NCBI GenBank assembly: GCA_965261545.1
Contig: CBDHDF010000007.1
Span: 352,001-416,000 of the forward strand
Direction: 5' to 3'
Origin: Bdellovibrionales bacterium
GTDB taxonomy: Bacteria > Bdellovibrionota > Bdellovibrionia > Bdellovibrionales > UBA1609
Length of the DNA stretch: 64,000 nt
Below are positions 10,231-20,997 of this stretch, piece after piece; the first letter of the stretch is position 1; each line of letters begins with the position of its first letter. The position numbers and the translations under genes were made by a program. The notes beneath the pieces were generated by a model. That model did not search any database and was not told the origin of the DNA. It saw only the letters and a list, made by a program, of their open reading frames with translations.

Positions 10231-11628
10231 CTACCCACCCTTGAAGCTTGGAGTTGGCATCGTCACCGCTAAATTTCTCATAATTTGGTGCAGATTGAAC
10301 CCCATGGTCGAGCGATACCCCGAAGCCAGTGTGGCCCCATCCCCTTTCATCTTGCTTCTTGCTAATCCAAAGTTTTTGACATGCCCTATGAGAGGTTCGA
10401 CCCCCGACCTGCGATTGTATAATTCTTCTTTCTGGGGGGCTTCGACCTGTTCTTTTACGTTGGCAGGTCTTTGAATTCCATCTGCATTTCCCACAACATC
10501 TTTGACGAGATTGACGTTGGCTTGTGAATAATACCCCTTGTCTGTTGTAACTGACTCTAAAATATCTTCGCCAAATATTTTTTGATGTTCTTCCAATATA
10601 GCTGGCAATAACTCCTTGTCGTCCATTCTCACAGAAGTGCAAGTATAGGGAACAATAAAATTTCCACCAATCCGCCCGACTTGGAAGACCCTCCCAAACT
10701 CCTTGTCTTTGCCTAACTTCCCCTTTTTGATACAGGCGACCGCACACAATTTGAAGGCAAGGATTTTGCCAGGCTTGATGGTGTGAGTTCTTACAAAATG
10801 GGCCACGTCCAAAAGGTATCTCCAAGCCTTGTCTCTCACTTCTGTGACGGCTTCTCGGTGGTTCCAAGGAAGACTCGCTAGAGCCTGTGGAGAAAGATTT
10901 TCTGCAAACCTTATAAAGGCTTTTAACTCTGACTTTACAAGACTGTGAAGGTCTGAAAATACCTCCCTCTTCTTCTCTAATACACAATTTTTGGCTAGAA
11001 AAAAATACTTTCGAGCGGCCTTGATGATGGCTTTGATATCTATGGTTATACCCGATGGTAAGTAGGTCTTCTGCTTTTCTTGAAGATACGAAAGAATTTT
11101 GTAACACTTCTGAGCCAACTTTTGCAAAAGACTGGCATCGGAGGGATAAGCCATATTAGCTTCCTGAACGGTCGAATCGACATCCAAATGAGAGGCGTCT
11201 GCAAACCCCAGGGATTGAGCCAAGCGAAGAATATAATCTCCTATTTCTTTGTGAGTCTCTTCCGTCAGTCGATTGCGAAATTTTTCTATTTTCGTATGAT
11301 CGGGACAACACCATTTTTTGAGGATATTTAGACCACAAAAAAGCTGATAACTGGCCGTCTCTTTTATCCGTTGCTCCACCCCTCGATCCGTGAGTTTGAA
11401 TAGAACCTGAAGCAGCAGCACGGCTAGATGAACTCTTAAAAAGAGCTTTCTTCCTAGCCACCAAAAACCCTTTGCAGTCGTGGCTTTTAAGTCGGGCATG
11501 ACCAGACACGACAGATAGCTCCAATCGACGTGGTTGGCCAGTTGAATCAGAGGATCGGATTCTGTGACGATAATAGATACCTTGGCAGGGTGGACCTTGG
11601 TTTCGAGGCCTTCTGGGCATAAACTCAT
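10231..11628 (-). CDS. IS5-family DDE transposase
   Basis: 465 aa; VDSTVQEAN, DKGY, RRSGVEPLIGHVK. Confidence 0.9.
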   Translation of the reverse strand: MSLCPEGLETKVHPAKVSIIVTESDPLIQLANHVDWSYLSCLVMPDLKATTAKGFWWLGRKLFLRVHLAVLLLQVLFKLTDRGVEQRIKETASYQLFCGLNILKKWCCPDHTKIEKFRNRLTEETHKEIGDYILRLAQSLGFADASHLDVDSTVQEANMAYPSDASLLQKLAQKCYKILSYLQEKQKTYLPSGITIDIKAIIKAARKYFFLAKNCVLEKKREVFSDLHSLVKSELKAFIRFAENLSPQALASLPWNHREAVTEVRDKAWRYLLDVAHFVRTHTIKPGKILAFKLCAVACIKKGKLGKDKEFGRVFQVGRIGGNFIVPYTCTSVRMDDKELLPAILEEHQKIFGEDILESVTTDKGYYSQANVNLVKDVVGNADGIQRPANVKEQVEAPQKEELYNRRSGVEPLIGHVKNFGLARSKMKGDGATLASGYRSTMGFNLHQIMRNLAVTMPTPSFKGG

Positions 11629-11684
11629 AGCGATAATCCTTTATCATGAGGTGAAACATGGTAATAAGGTTAACAGGAGGCCCA

Positions 11685-11770
11685 ATGAAAAAGAAGCAAA
11701 TCATTCAACCAAGAAGGAAAGAACTTGAAAAGGCTATTAGTGATTTTTGTGACCAATATATAAACGATGA
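11685..11770 (+). pseudogene. Truncated passenger gene of element M
   Basis: Identical to the 5' part of 49382-49822 (AGGAGG RBS, MKKKQIIQ...) and cut after YIND. Confidence 0.8.
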
Positions 11771-11984
11771 CGACACATCCTCGCCCACAGGACGAGGGTG
11801 TGTTTTGACCCTAAGGGTCTACTTAATCCTGCTGGCCTACCTTTCCTCTGCTCATCAAAATGAAAATTGATAGCTTTGGAGGAACCTTAAGTAAAAGATA
11901 TGCATGGTCCTCCTGAACATTCAACTAACGCTACATCCTGACCTTTCAAACTCAAACAAAACCTTGGAATGAATGAACTTACCT
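11771..11984 (-). pseudogene. IS200/IS605-family remnant: degenerate tnpA fragment plus terminal hairpin
   Basis: Minus strand reads LNVQEDHAYLLLKVPPKLSI (decayed HUH motif region). Hairpin ACACATCCTCG...CGAGGGTGTGT lies at the junction. Confidence 0.7.
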
Positions 11985-12057
11985 TGAGGTGGACCCCAAT
12001 GTCAGACTGAAAAACTTGATTTTTAAGCTACACCACAGCGCACAAAGAAGCCCCGTG

Positions 12058-12480
12058 TTAATGTGTTAAATCCACCTCTCCCATATGCACCTGATAAGGG
12101 GTGCAATCCTGAAGAGACTGGTGTGGCCTTTTATTATTATAAAAATTAAAATACGTTTTAAAACCTTTGTTGGCTTGAACCATTGATTTGTCTTGATAGC
12201 CTTTCAAGTAAACCTCTTCGTACTTAACAGACCGCCAAAGCCGCTCGATCATGATGTTGTCTAAACACCTGCCTTTGCCGTCCATACTGATCGAGATTCC
12301 ATGATTTTTCAATAATTTTGTGAAAACCTCAGAAGTGAATTGGCACCCTTGATCAGTATTGACGATATCAGGGCAACCAAATGTTTCTATGGCTTCCTCA
12401 AAGACTTCTAAACAAAAAGTTGTCTCAAGGCTATTAGAAAGTCTCCAAGACAGAACAAATCGGCTAAACCAATCTATCAC
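12058..12480 (-). pseudogene. IS3 OrfB integrase core, C-terminal fragment
   Basis: IDWFSR, NTDQGCQFTS, DNIMIERLWRSVKYE, RPHQSL. Confidence 0.9.
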
Positions 12481-12494
12481 AGCTACCCATAGGT

Positions 12495-13905
12495 CAATGC
12501 CGTTTCCTTAAGCCACCACACCCCTCTGCGTTAAGCTATTTCTTTTAAAAGAACTCCCAGCCCTTTTGATAGACCTTTCATAGCTTCTTTTGAAGTGCCT
12601 CCTCTTCTCCATTGAAATCTTCATCAGCAACTTTATCTGCTTCCTAAATTTCTGATAGAGCCCCGCAACAAAAAGAGGGATGCTATCCATTATGAAATCA
12701 AGAATCAGTTTAAAGTTAGGTTTTTTGTAGTCATTTTTCACCAACTGATTCACACTGTCTTCATCCTCATTTATGCTCATTTGAATCTTTGTATAATTGA
12801 AGAGCCAAAAATAAGAATACAGCTCTTGCAATATTCCATTAAGGCTTGTTGAGTGCCACTGCTCCATTTTCATTGTCGATGTAAAATCACGAAATGTCGT
12901 TTCTATTTCCCAACGACGAGAGTAAAGAGCAACCATATCCTTCTTGTCCAAGGAGCCATGCGGAAGATTAGTGGCCAAAACAGAGAACTCCCCAGTCTTT
13001 GGGTTTTTATACTTATAGAGATGAATGACCACCCCCTCAATAACCATTTGTGAATACCAACCTGGGCCATTAAATAAATTTACGATGGGGATAAAAGTAG
13101 AGCCTCGCTTACAACGCGCAATAAAGAAGTTACTGGCTTGAGCATGGGCCTTAATAATCTCTGTAGATAAATAAAGCCTATCGTAGAGAGTTATGCTATT
13201 ACTCTCAAAACTACCTATCATTTGAATAGCATTGGCGATTTCGTTGAGAGCGGGAGAAAAGCAAAGATTCTTTGTCACACCCGATAAAACGTCATAAGCA
13301 TGAGATAGATACATACGTAAGAAATGAGTTTCCATCTCATTTGGGCAAGGGTACCCACAATAACCCTCCTTTAAAAGATCTTTAGAGCGAGGAAGTGCTA
13401 ATTGGTCGCCATCTATGGCATAGATATAAAAACCATGAAACGTTTTTCTCAATGGTTCGTAGTCTGTAATCAGAGATTCAAAGATATCTTTGAAAAATAG
13501 GTAAGAAATACTTTGACGTATCTTGCTGAGACTGCTTTTGACTGGCATGAGAAGCAGGTCACCAAAATGAGTCCATACCGTCTTAAGAGCGATTTGGTAG
13601 CCTTCGTAATTTGTTCCGGAAATAAGATAGATAATGGTAAAAAAGAAAATTTGAGGATTAAATTTTCGATTCCTTTTTTGTTTTTCTGGATCGACAAGGT
13701 GCTCTGGCTTGAAGGAAGAATCAAGTTTTGGTAGAATAAAATGGTCATCTGTGACGCGAACTCGTCATTTGGGGGCTTTCGAGATCAATATTGGATTGCA
13801 TGTGACTTACTCCTTGGTTGAGGGTTGGGTGTAAAATAAAACAAGTCTTATTCTTGTCGATTTATCTAATGATTTCAAGAGATTTTTCTTAAGGAAACGG
13901 CATTG
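12495..13905 (-). mobile_element. IS4-family element A
   Basis: 18-bp IR CAATGCCGTTTCCTTAAG; 10-bp DR ACCCATAGGT at 12485-12494 and 13906-13915. Confidence 0.9.
12508..13548 (-). CDS. IS4-family transposase (N-terminus possibly frameshifted)
   Basis: AIDG, YDRLY, LYSRRWEIETTFRDF (YREK-like). Upstream ORF 13470-13748 in another frame may be the lost N-terminus. Confidence 0.8.
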   Translation of the reverse strand: MPVKSSLSKIRQSISYLFFKDIFESLITDYEPLRKTFHGFYIYAIDGDQLALPRSKDLLKEGYCGYPCPNEMETHFLRMYLSHAYDVLSGVTKNLCFSPALNEIANAIQMIGSFESNSITLYDRLYLSTEIIKAHAQASNFFIARCKRGSTFIPIVNLFNGPGWYSQMVIEGVVIHLYKYKNPKTGEFSVLATNLPHGSLDKKDMVALYSRRWEIETTFRDFTSTMKMEQWHSTSLNGILQELYSYFWLFNYTKIQMSINEDEDSVNQLVKNDYKKPNFKLILDFIMDSIPLFVAGLYQKFRKQIKLLMKISMEKRRHFKRSYERSIKRAGSSFKRNSLTQRGVVA

Positions 13906-14084
13906 ACCCATAGGTGTTCGTGGTTTTTTTCTAATTTTAATTCCGAATTAATGGAAATACTTTTCAAGCCTCCTTTTTTACATAGAGGGAAGTGGGCGAT
14001 TTATAAATATTTATAGATGGTATTTTGAGAAATGGACGCAGATTGACATTTGATATCCACGACAAGCCATGTGTTTTAAGAGAC

Positions 14085-14549
14085 TTAATTGTGTAACGAA
14101 AGAACTGTGGACTTTTGGGAACAACAGAATTTAAATTTCTTTCCACTTCCGCATGGACAGGATTGATTTCTTCCAATTTTTTCGCTTTGGTCATTTTTCT
14201 GCTGTGATGCAGACATATCTTCAGTTACAATTTTTTTTTGCTTTTCATCTTCCAAATCCTCATCCAAATTATCAAAAAGAATATCTCCTAGATTCTGGTG
14301 AAAGTAACGATTTTTAAATTGAGATATGAGCATCATAAAAATACATGTAAGAACCAAAAGTGTGAGTGAAGCAAAAAACAAAGAAGATGCTTGCATCTGA
14401 GTTAATGGGAGGATGAGTGCCAGTAAATAACCAAATCCAAATACCAATAAGGAAATAAGAAGAGATATAAAGGATCCCAAAGAAAGTAATATTAAAAGTC
14501 CAAAAATCATTGCTATTTTTTGCTCCTGTCGAATACAATGAATCCGCAT
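14085..14549 (-). CDS. Membrane protein with C-terminal SEC-C zinc-binding motif (passenger of B)
   Basis: Two or more TM segments followed by KIGRNQSCPCGSGKKFKFCC. Confidence 0.85.
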   Translation of the reverse strand: MRIHCIRQEQKIAMIFGLLILLSLGSFISLLISLLVFGFGYLLALILPLTQMQASSLFFASLTLLVLTCIFMMLISQFKNRYFHQNLGDILFDNLDEDLEDEKQKKIVTEDMSASQQKNDQSEKIGRNQSCPCGSGKKFKFCCSQKSTVLSLHN

Positions 14550-14654
14550 AGATACAAGTGAGTTATCTACAGACTTAATGATTCTCGCGTTAGTATCTTA
14601 ATAGGTCAAGATTAATTGGAGGAAATTTTTATTTTTTAAACGCAGGGGGCAAAT

Positions 14655-15899
14655 ATGAGCACGGAAGCTCAAACACTTAAAACGATCAAAAAATGTTTCA
14701 AGAAAGTTATTCCTGAAAAGGACTCTCGGGCAACCATTCCACCTCTTGAGTTTATTGTGGCTCTTGTCTTGTCATTCCAGGGAGACTCTAAGACATATTC
14801 AATAGAGGGAATTAGGAGGTTTATGATAAGTCATTTAGGATTAAGAATTGAAAGACACAGCTTCTGGGAAAGACTCTCTAGAAAAAGATTAAAAGAGCTT
14901 CTGAGTAAACTGGTTGAAATGCTCATGATAAAGCTATCTCATGGAGCTTTTCATGGGAGCAAAGCCATATTATTACAACTGGGAGTCTCAGACGTTCTTC
15001 TTGTTGACTCAAGCACAATAAGCCTTTGGGATGGAGCATCTGAGAATTTTCCAGGGACAAGAACAAACGCAGGAATTAAATGGCACGCTTGTTTCAGTTT
15101 ATTCAGTGGTATAATGACTTGGTTCGAATTAACTCCGTCTTCCACTAACGATAGGAAGTGCTTTCCTGATATAAAGGAACTCGTTGGAAAATTAGTCATC
15201 TTTGATTTGGGATATTGGGACTATGGCTTATTGTCATCTATTCATGAAGCTAAAGGATTTTTCTTGTCTAGAGTGAAGTCAAATGCCTCTATTCTTATTG
15301 ATGCTGTTGTTGAAGGTTTGCCAGATTACTATGTTGGAAAAGAGTTCTCTGATATTAAACTCAAGAAAAAAAACGATGTTGTTGAATTTATAGGCAGTGT
15401 CTTGTCCAATGGTAAATGGGTAAGTTTGAGAATTGTAGGCTTCTGGAATTCCTCCGAAAAACGCTATCATTGGTATTGCACGAATTTAGATGTGGCAGCG
15501 GAGTCCATATATCCAATTTATCGTTTACGTTGGCAATGTGAACTTATTTTCAAATCTTGTAAGAATTCTTTGAATGCAAATCAGATCACCTCAAACGATC
15601 AAAATATCATAGAGAGTCTTCTTCTTGCTTCATTAGCGGCTCACCTCACATCAAGTGTTGTTTTGAGGATAGGAAGAACTAAACTCAATAAGGAACAAAA
15701 TGACTCCACATCGTTTCAAAGAGTTGCTAAGGTTACCGTCTTATTAGCCTCTGATTTTATCAAATATCTCCTAAGCTCATCTCAAAAGTATTTAAATATT
15801 TTGATAGAGAAGATCAAGATATTCTCCCATGAAATTTATGACACAAACTACCGACGGCGAAAAACATCAATGAATATGGCTAAAAAGGTCTTGCTATGA
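14655..15899 (+). CDS. IS4-family transposase
   Basis: 414 aa; VDSS, FDLGYWD, YRLRWQCELIFK. Confidence 0.9.
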   Translation: MSTEAQTLKTIKKCFKKVIPEKDSRATIPPLEFIVALVLSFQGDSKTYSIEGIRRFMISHLGLRIERHSFWERLSRKRLKELLSKLVEMLMIKLSHGAFHGSKAILLQLGVSDVLLVDSSTISLWDGASENFPGTRTNAGIKWHACFSLFSGIMTWFELTPSSTNDRKCFPDIKELVGKLVIFDLGYWDYGLLSSIHEAKGFFLSRVKSNASILIDAVVEGLPDYYVGKEFSDIKLKKKNDVVEFIGSVLSNGKWVSLRIVGFWNSSEKRYHWYCTNLDVAAESIYPIYRLRWQCELIFKSCKNSLNANQITSNDQNIIESLLLASLAAHLTSSVVLRIGRTKLNKEQNDSTSFQRVAKVTVLLASDFIKYLLSSSQKYLNILIEKIKIFSHEIYDTNYRRRKTSMNMAKKVLL

Positions 15900-16025
15900 A
15901 AGAATAAAAAACCACGAACACCTATGCACAGCTACCAAGTAAGCAAAGCCACCAGACAACCTTATAAAAGTAATATCAGTAGCCCACACTTGGTTGGGGG
16001 AGCAGATATTAAGCCCCTTAAGTAG

Positions 16026-18579
16026 CAATGGCATTCGTTTTTGCAGAAGATTTTTCCACATTTTTCTGACTCCCTCTAACATACTGAGTTAAGGGGGCTT
16101 TTATCTTTTTTCTTTTTCCGAAAAAAAATACTTGAGTCCACCCCATCGTTGTGTCACATTATATTTGAACCATTCCCAAAGGGGAGAGACTCAAATGGAC
16201 CCACGCATAGAGACATTGCCTTCAACAACTTTTTTTGGAAGACGCTTGACGCGCAAGCAAATTGCCGACATTCAAAAGACGGTGGCGCTATTTCCTTCTT
16301 TAAGTCGCCGTGAACTGGGTTATACAGTTTGTGAGCATCTTGGTTGGCTAACTCCCAAAGGTGATCATCGCATCCAATCGTGCCTTCGTATGCTTGAGAC
16401 GCTAGAGGAACTTGACATTCTATCCCTGCCAGAAAAAGACATGTCAAAGCGGAGTGTCCCCTCCAAAAAAATCACTTGGACACACCGAACAGATGAAAAG
16501 CCTCTCATCAACGATAAACTAGACTCATTGACCCCACTTTCTTTGCAAATCGTAACTGATCAAGAGGCCATTAAGGAATGGAATGAAGTTGTCGATCGGC
16601 ATCATTATCTCAATTACAGACGTCCCTTTGGTCCCCACTTACGCTATTTCATCTTAGATAATTGTGGGCGAAGATTGGGTTGTCTTTTATTTGAAGCTGG
16701 CACATCCACGTTGCCTTGCCGTGATGAATGGATCGGTTGGCAAAATCGAGCTTACAAAAAGCACTTGAATTTAGTGGTGAACAATAGTCGATTTTTGATC
16801 TTTCCCTGGGTAAAGGTTCGCCATCTTGCTTCGATGGCTTTATCTATGGCAACTCGCCAACTTCCCACAGACTGGGAGTTAAAACATGCTTTCAAACCTG
16901 TACTCATGGAGACTTTTGTCGACCTTACCAAATTTAATGCCACGAGCTATCGTGCTGCCAACTGGCTTTATTTGGGCAAAACAAATGGGAGTCGTGCCTA
17001 CAAAAATGTAAAGGGAAAAACTCAAAAAGGTGTTTATGTTCAACCTCTGACAAAGAATTATCAGTCTATCTTATTGAATGGCCCCCAATGCGCTATCAAG
17101 AAACCCGTCGGGAAACCCACCATCAAGCCACATAAGAACTTGGCTGAGCCTATGCTAGAGGACTCTTTTGTGCATCTTTGGCAAAACATCATCAAGACAG
17201 TGGTTATCATTGCAGATGAGTACGACCGAACCTGGCAAAAGCGTCAACGTGTCTTGAATACATTGTTGATTATACTTTTCATCTTCCGACTTGTTTTCTC
17301 TAAAGGAAAACAAGGTTATGATACAACTTTGATTGAACTTTGGGAGCAGTGTCGCATATTAGACATTGAACTCCCTCAACCTAAACCAGTTCGGGCATCC
17401 ACTATGTGTAGTGCACGGGCTAAAGTAGATGAAAATATATTTAAAGTTTTGCATGATGAAATTCTTAAACAAGACGGTATATCCAATTCTAGTACCTTAT
17501 GGAAGGGCCATAAGGTTTTCGCAGTGGATGGATCGAAAATAAATTTACCACGTCAACTCGTAGATAATGGGTATCAGCAACCATGGGAAAAAGCATGGTA
17601 CCCTCAAGGTCTTGTCAGTTGCCTGTACCAACTACAGTCGAAGATTCCTGTGGATTTTGATCTCTTTGCCCATAACAATGAGAGAAAGGCTGCACAAACT
17701 CATTTCAAAAAATTGTTTGAAAACGATGTTGTGGTTTATGATCGTGGCTATTATTCCTACGAAATGCTTCATGAGCATAAGGTGCGAAGTCTGCATGCGG
17801 TGTTTAGGATAAGGAGAAATGCCAACACTGTTTTTGATGAATTTATTAATAATGATCAAAAAGACTCAGTGATCCAAGTCATTTCTAGCAAGCAAATTCT
17901 GAAAGAACTACATAAAAAAAAGCCACAAGACGACTTCAAAGCCTACGCTTTGCGTTTGGTCAAATATAAAATTGGACAAACTACTTTTGTTCTAGGAACA
18001 ACCTTAATGGATCAAAAAAAATATTCCATTGATGATCTGGCCAATCTCTATCATGGACGCTGGAGTATAGAGGAACTGTACAAAATATCCAAAGAACTGA
18101 TGACCATTGAAGAGTTTCATTCTCAAAGTGAAAGGGGAGTCAAACAAGAATTGTTTGCACACTTCACACTTATCACTCTGACAAGATTATTTTCCAACTA
18201 CACGGAAGACCGTCTTAATACATCTCAATCCCATAGTAAAAAACAAACCATGCAGACAAACTTTAAAAACAATTTACTGACAATTGCAAGAAATATTGAA
18301 GGTCTTTTTCTTCAACAAAAGGTAGTGCTTAGTAAAACCCTCAATTGCATCATTACAAATATGAAGACCTGCCGACAAAGGCTACGTCCGAATAGGCATT
18401 ACGACCGAGTTTCTAGAAAACCCATCGGAGTATGGAGACCCAGTAAAGAGGTTAGGGGGGCTATGGCCAACGGATAATCACATGGATCAAAGAAAAAAAC
18501 TTGGGGTTAGCCCACCCCCGAGGAGTTAGAGGTTCAAATCCTTAACCGAATGGGATCTCTCACTAAACGAATGCCATTG
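16026..18579 (+). mobile_element. IS4-family element C, copy 1
   Basis: IR CAATGGCATTCGTTT; 10-bp DR CCTTAAGTAG at 16016-16025 and 18580-18589. Confidence 0.9.
16132..18477 (+). CDS. DUF4338 (DruA-like) domain fused to IS4 DDE transposase
   Basis: N-half: HHYL, NNSRFLIFPWV, ETFVD, SYRAANWLYLGKT. C-half: AVDGS, YDRGYY, LYHGRWSIEELYK. Likely start is the ATG at 16195 after GGGGAG. Confidence 0.85.
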   Translation: MSPPHRCVTLYLNHSQRGETQMDPRIETLPSTTFFGRRLTRKQIADIQKTVALFPSLSRRELGYTVCEHLGWLTPKGDHRIQSCLRMLETLEELDILSLPEKDMSKRSVPSKKITWTHRTDEKPLINDKLDSLTPLSLQIVTDQEAIKEWNEVVDRHHYLNYRRPFGPHLRYFILDNCGRRLGCLLFEAGTSTLPCRDEWIGWQNRAYKKHLNLVVNNSRFLIFPWVKVRHLASMALSMATRQLPTDWELKHAFKPVLMETFVDLTKFNATSYRAANWLYLGKTNGSRAYKNVKGKTQKGVYVQPLTKNYQSILLNGPQCAIKKPVGKPTIKPHKNLAEPMLEDSFVHLWQNIIKTVVIIADEYDRTWQKRQRVLNTLLIILFIFRLVFSKGKQGYDTTLIELWEQCRILDIELPQPKPVRASTMCSARAKVDENIFKVLHDEILKQDGISNSSTLWKGHKVFAVDGSKINLPRQLVDNGYQQPWEKAWYPQGLVSCLYQLQSKIPVDFDLFAHNNERKAAQTHFKKLFENDVVVYDRGYYSYEMLHEHKVRSLHAVFRIRRNANTVFDEFINNDQKDSVIQVISSKQILKELHKKKPQDDFKAYALRLVKYKIGQTTFVLGTTLMDQKKYSIDDLANLYHGRWSIEELYKISKELMTIEEFHSQSERGVKQELFAHFTLITLTRLFSNYTEDRLNTSQSHSKKQTMQTNFKNNLLTIARNIEGLFLQQKVVLSKTLNCIITNMKTCRQRLRPNRHYDRVSRKPIGVWRPSKEVRGAMANG

Positions 18580-18979
18580 CCTTAAGTAGGTAGTTCCTGT
18601 CCAGGGAAGAAAGTTAAGTAGTTTTAAGTATTTACATGCCTTCCCTTTAGATTTTATGCTTTAAAATGGAGTCCATCAAACATAATCCGTGTAAATTCAG
18701 TTACTTACATAAAACGGAAAAATAAAATAAGTTCCCCCCCCCTCTCTTGACGAACCTTTCACAGCCCCTCCCTTTCAGTGACTTATGTGGCTATCAACTG
18801 GTTACTTGATATGAGAGGAAGAGTTGGATCAACCTGTGTTTCCACCGTGGTGATTTCAAACCTCCTTCAGGGAAATAACATTACGTTGCGCATCAACTTC
18901 AAAAAATACTTGACGTGTTTTTTCAGAGAAATAATTTTTGATATTTTATTCTTCATTTATTTTTTATGTAGGTTTTAGG

Positions 18980-19224
18980 GGGTGTGCTAATAATATACTG
19001 TAGAAATTACCGTCCTTTAGTCTAACTTAATACTATCAGTTTAAGAAGAATCTACCCACAAGATTGACTCTGCAAGTGCTTTGTATTGAACTTTTAAGGG
19101 ATTGATGAAAATTTTAAGGCCTTAAACCGACAGTGTCGAGCTCAACCTATGACTAAATGCTGATTGAAGAGGGCACAAATTGACGCTGTGGGTATATAAT
19201 CTACAGTATATCGTTAGCACACCC
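18980..19224. mobile_element. 245-bp MITE (IS1595-like ends)
   Basis: IR GGGTGTGCTAAnnATATACTGTAGA; 8-bp DR GTTTTAGG; absent from D copy 2, which shows the empty site. Confidence 0.85.
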
Positions 19225-19392
19225 GTTTTAGGAGGCGTGGGAACCTCTCTATGAGGTAGAATTCTTATCCATGTTCTCCGAGAACCTCTCTGATTTTTTT
19301 CTTCTTAAAAGACATCCTTGCTCACTTTTTTCCCTCAAAAAAACGTATGTTAATATAAAAATTAAAGAGAAACTTTCACCAAAGGGGGGACT

Positions 19393-20757
19393 ATGCGCCA
19401 TTTGAAGAAGACACAGTTGGGACTCTTTTCCCAATATCCTAACCACCAACTCAGTACAGAATTGCAGCAAATTAATAACATCATTGATCGCCATCCAGAG
19501 TTTGCCCATATGGTTCATGAAGACCTTGTTAAAGAAAAGAAAGATTCTGGTGATATTGGTATGACATCGGAGCAAGTTCTCAAGGTGGCTATTCTTAAAT
19601 CCATAAGAGGTCTTTCCTATCGTGCGTTAGCCTTTAATCTTGTCGATTCAGTATCCACCAGAGCTTTTCTGGGCCTTGAATTGGAAGAAAATTACGCTCA
19701 CTCCACCTTACAGGACTTGATTGTTCAAATAAGTGAAGAAACTTGGGGAATTATTAGCGCCTCTTTAGTTTCAGATGCAAGAGATCAAAAGATTGAGCCG
19801 TGTAAGAAAATGAGATTGGACAGTACAGTGACGAAATCAAATATTCATCATCCAACGGATGCATCGCTTTTATATGACTGCATAAGAGTTACAGAAAGAG
19901 AATTTAAAAAAGTTCGTAAAAATGTCATGAAAGATTTTTGGCGACTTATTTCAAGAGAAGATCTTAAGAGAGCAAAAACCTTGCTTTACAAAATTAATAA
20001 TTCCAAAAATGATGCGGAAAGACTACCTTGCTATAAGGAGCTTTTAAAAATCGCTACCAAATTGAACAAAGGATTACCTGATACCATCAGAAAGATAAAA
20101 AAAGAACAAAAATGTGTGAAGATGAATGCTTTGAAAAAGAGTCTAAAACAGTTAGAAAATGTTGCCTTCTACCTGGAAAAAATCATCTTTCAAACTCAAA
20201 AAAGAGTTATTGAGGGGAAAAAAGTATCTTCTGAAAAAAAGGTCCTATCCATCTTTGAACCGCATACAGACATTATTGTAAAGGGGCAAAGAGAAGTCGA
20301 GTTTGGGCATAAAATCTTTCTGACCTCAGGGCAAAGCAACATGATTTTAGATTGTCAGATCCCTGATGGCAACCCCGCAGACTCTGATATGTTTTTAAAA
20401 GTTATGAATTCAGTGACACAAACCTATGGGGCTTGCCCTGTAAAAGTAAGTGCAGATGGTGGGTTTGCTTCAAAAGAAAATCTTGAAGAGGCCAAAGAGA
20501 TGGGGGCTAAAGATGTTTGCTTCCCAGAAAAAAAAGGAATGAAAATATTAAAGATGGTTAAAAGTGCTTGGGTCTTTAAAAATCTTCTCAATTGGAGAGC
20601 CGGAATAGAGGCTGTTATTTCATTCCTTAAGAGATGTTTTGGTATGAGAGTTGCTTACTGGAAAGGGCATGATGGTTTTAAGAGGTATGTAAAGAATGCC
20701 GTTTGTGCCTATAATTTTGTTGTCTTGGCAAGACATGAATTATCAACTGTCACCTAA
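19393..20757 (+). CDS. ISNCY/IS5-like DDE transposase
   Basis: 454 aa; LDSTVTKSNIHHPTD, ADGGF, WRAGIEAVISFLKR. Confidence 0.9.
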   Translation: MRHLKKTQLGLFSQYPNHQLSTELQQINNIIDRHPEFAHMVHEDLVKEKKDSGDIGMTSEQVLKVAILKSIRGLSYRALAFNLVDSVSTRAFLGLELEENYAHSTLQDLIVQISEETWGIISASLVSDARDQKIEPCKKMRLDSTVTKSNIHHPTDASLLYDCIRVTEREFKKVRKNVMKDFWRLISREDLKRAKTLLYKINNSKNDAERLPCYKELLKIATKLNKGLPDTIRKIKKEQKCVKMNALKKSLKQLENVAFYLEKIIFQTQKRVIEGKKVSSEKKVLSIFEPHTDIIVKGQREVEFGHKIFLTSGQSNMILDCQIPDGNPADSDMFLKVMNSVTQTYGACPVKVSADGGFASKENLEEAKEMGAKDVCFPEKKGMKILKMVKSAWVFKNLLNWRAGIEAVISFLKRCFGMRVAYWKGHDGFKRYVKNAVCAYNFVVLARHELSTVT

Positions 20758-20997
20758 ATTTATCCATTAGGAATAACAGCAATGGACCAGGTCGAAGGTG
20801 CTAAAATCTTCCAAAGGTAGGGGTGCGTCTTCAAATCGAAAAAACTAGGGCGCAAGTCGCTTAAAGACCTTTTTCCCCTTAATCTGTAGAGTTTGTGTGG
20901 CAAATCTCCAACTCTCACTCCCCCATTGAGGCATTGGGAGGCTCAATGGGGAGTGTCAGAGAACAAAAAATGGGCCTTTCTGGACAGAAACTAGGTA

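Larger units (their letters stand above)
10142..11770 (-). mobile_element. IS5-family element M, copy 1 (one end and most of passenger gene lost)
   Basis: Begins with IR AGTCGCTGTCGCGAAAT. Near-identical to the copy at 47839-49855 until 11770, where an IS200 remnant abuts. Confidence 0.85.
13909..15926 (+). mobile_element. IS4-family element B carrying a passenger gene
   Basis: IR CATAGGTGTTCGTGGTTTTT; original 10-bp DR CACAGCTACC at 12478-12487 and 15927-15936. Confidence 0.9.
18593..20991 (+). mobile_element. ISNCY (ISDol1-like) element D, copy 1
   Basis: Ends GTTCCTGTCCAG / CTGGACAGAAAC; 6-bp DR TAGGTA; second copy at 31025-33169. Confidence 0.85.

Noticed and set aside
11771..11830. TnpB/IscB omega-RNA system
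   Set aside because: Only a tnpA remnant and hairpin; no RuvC/HNH nuclease ORF in the window.
16132..17100. Druantia defence system
   Set aside because: Only the DUF4338-like domain is present, fused to a transposase; no large helicase or other dru genes.
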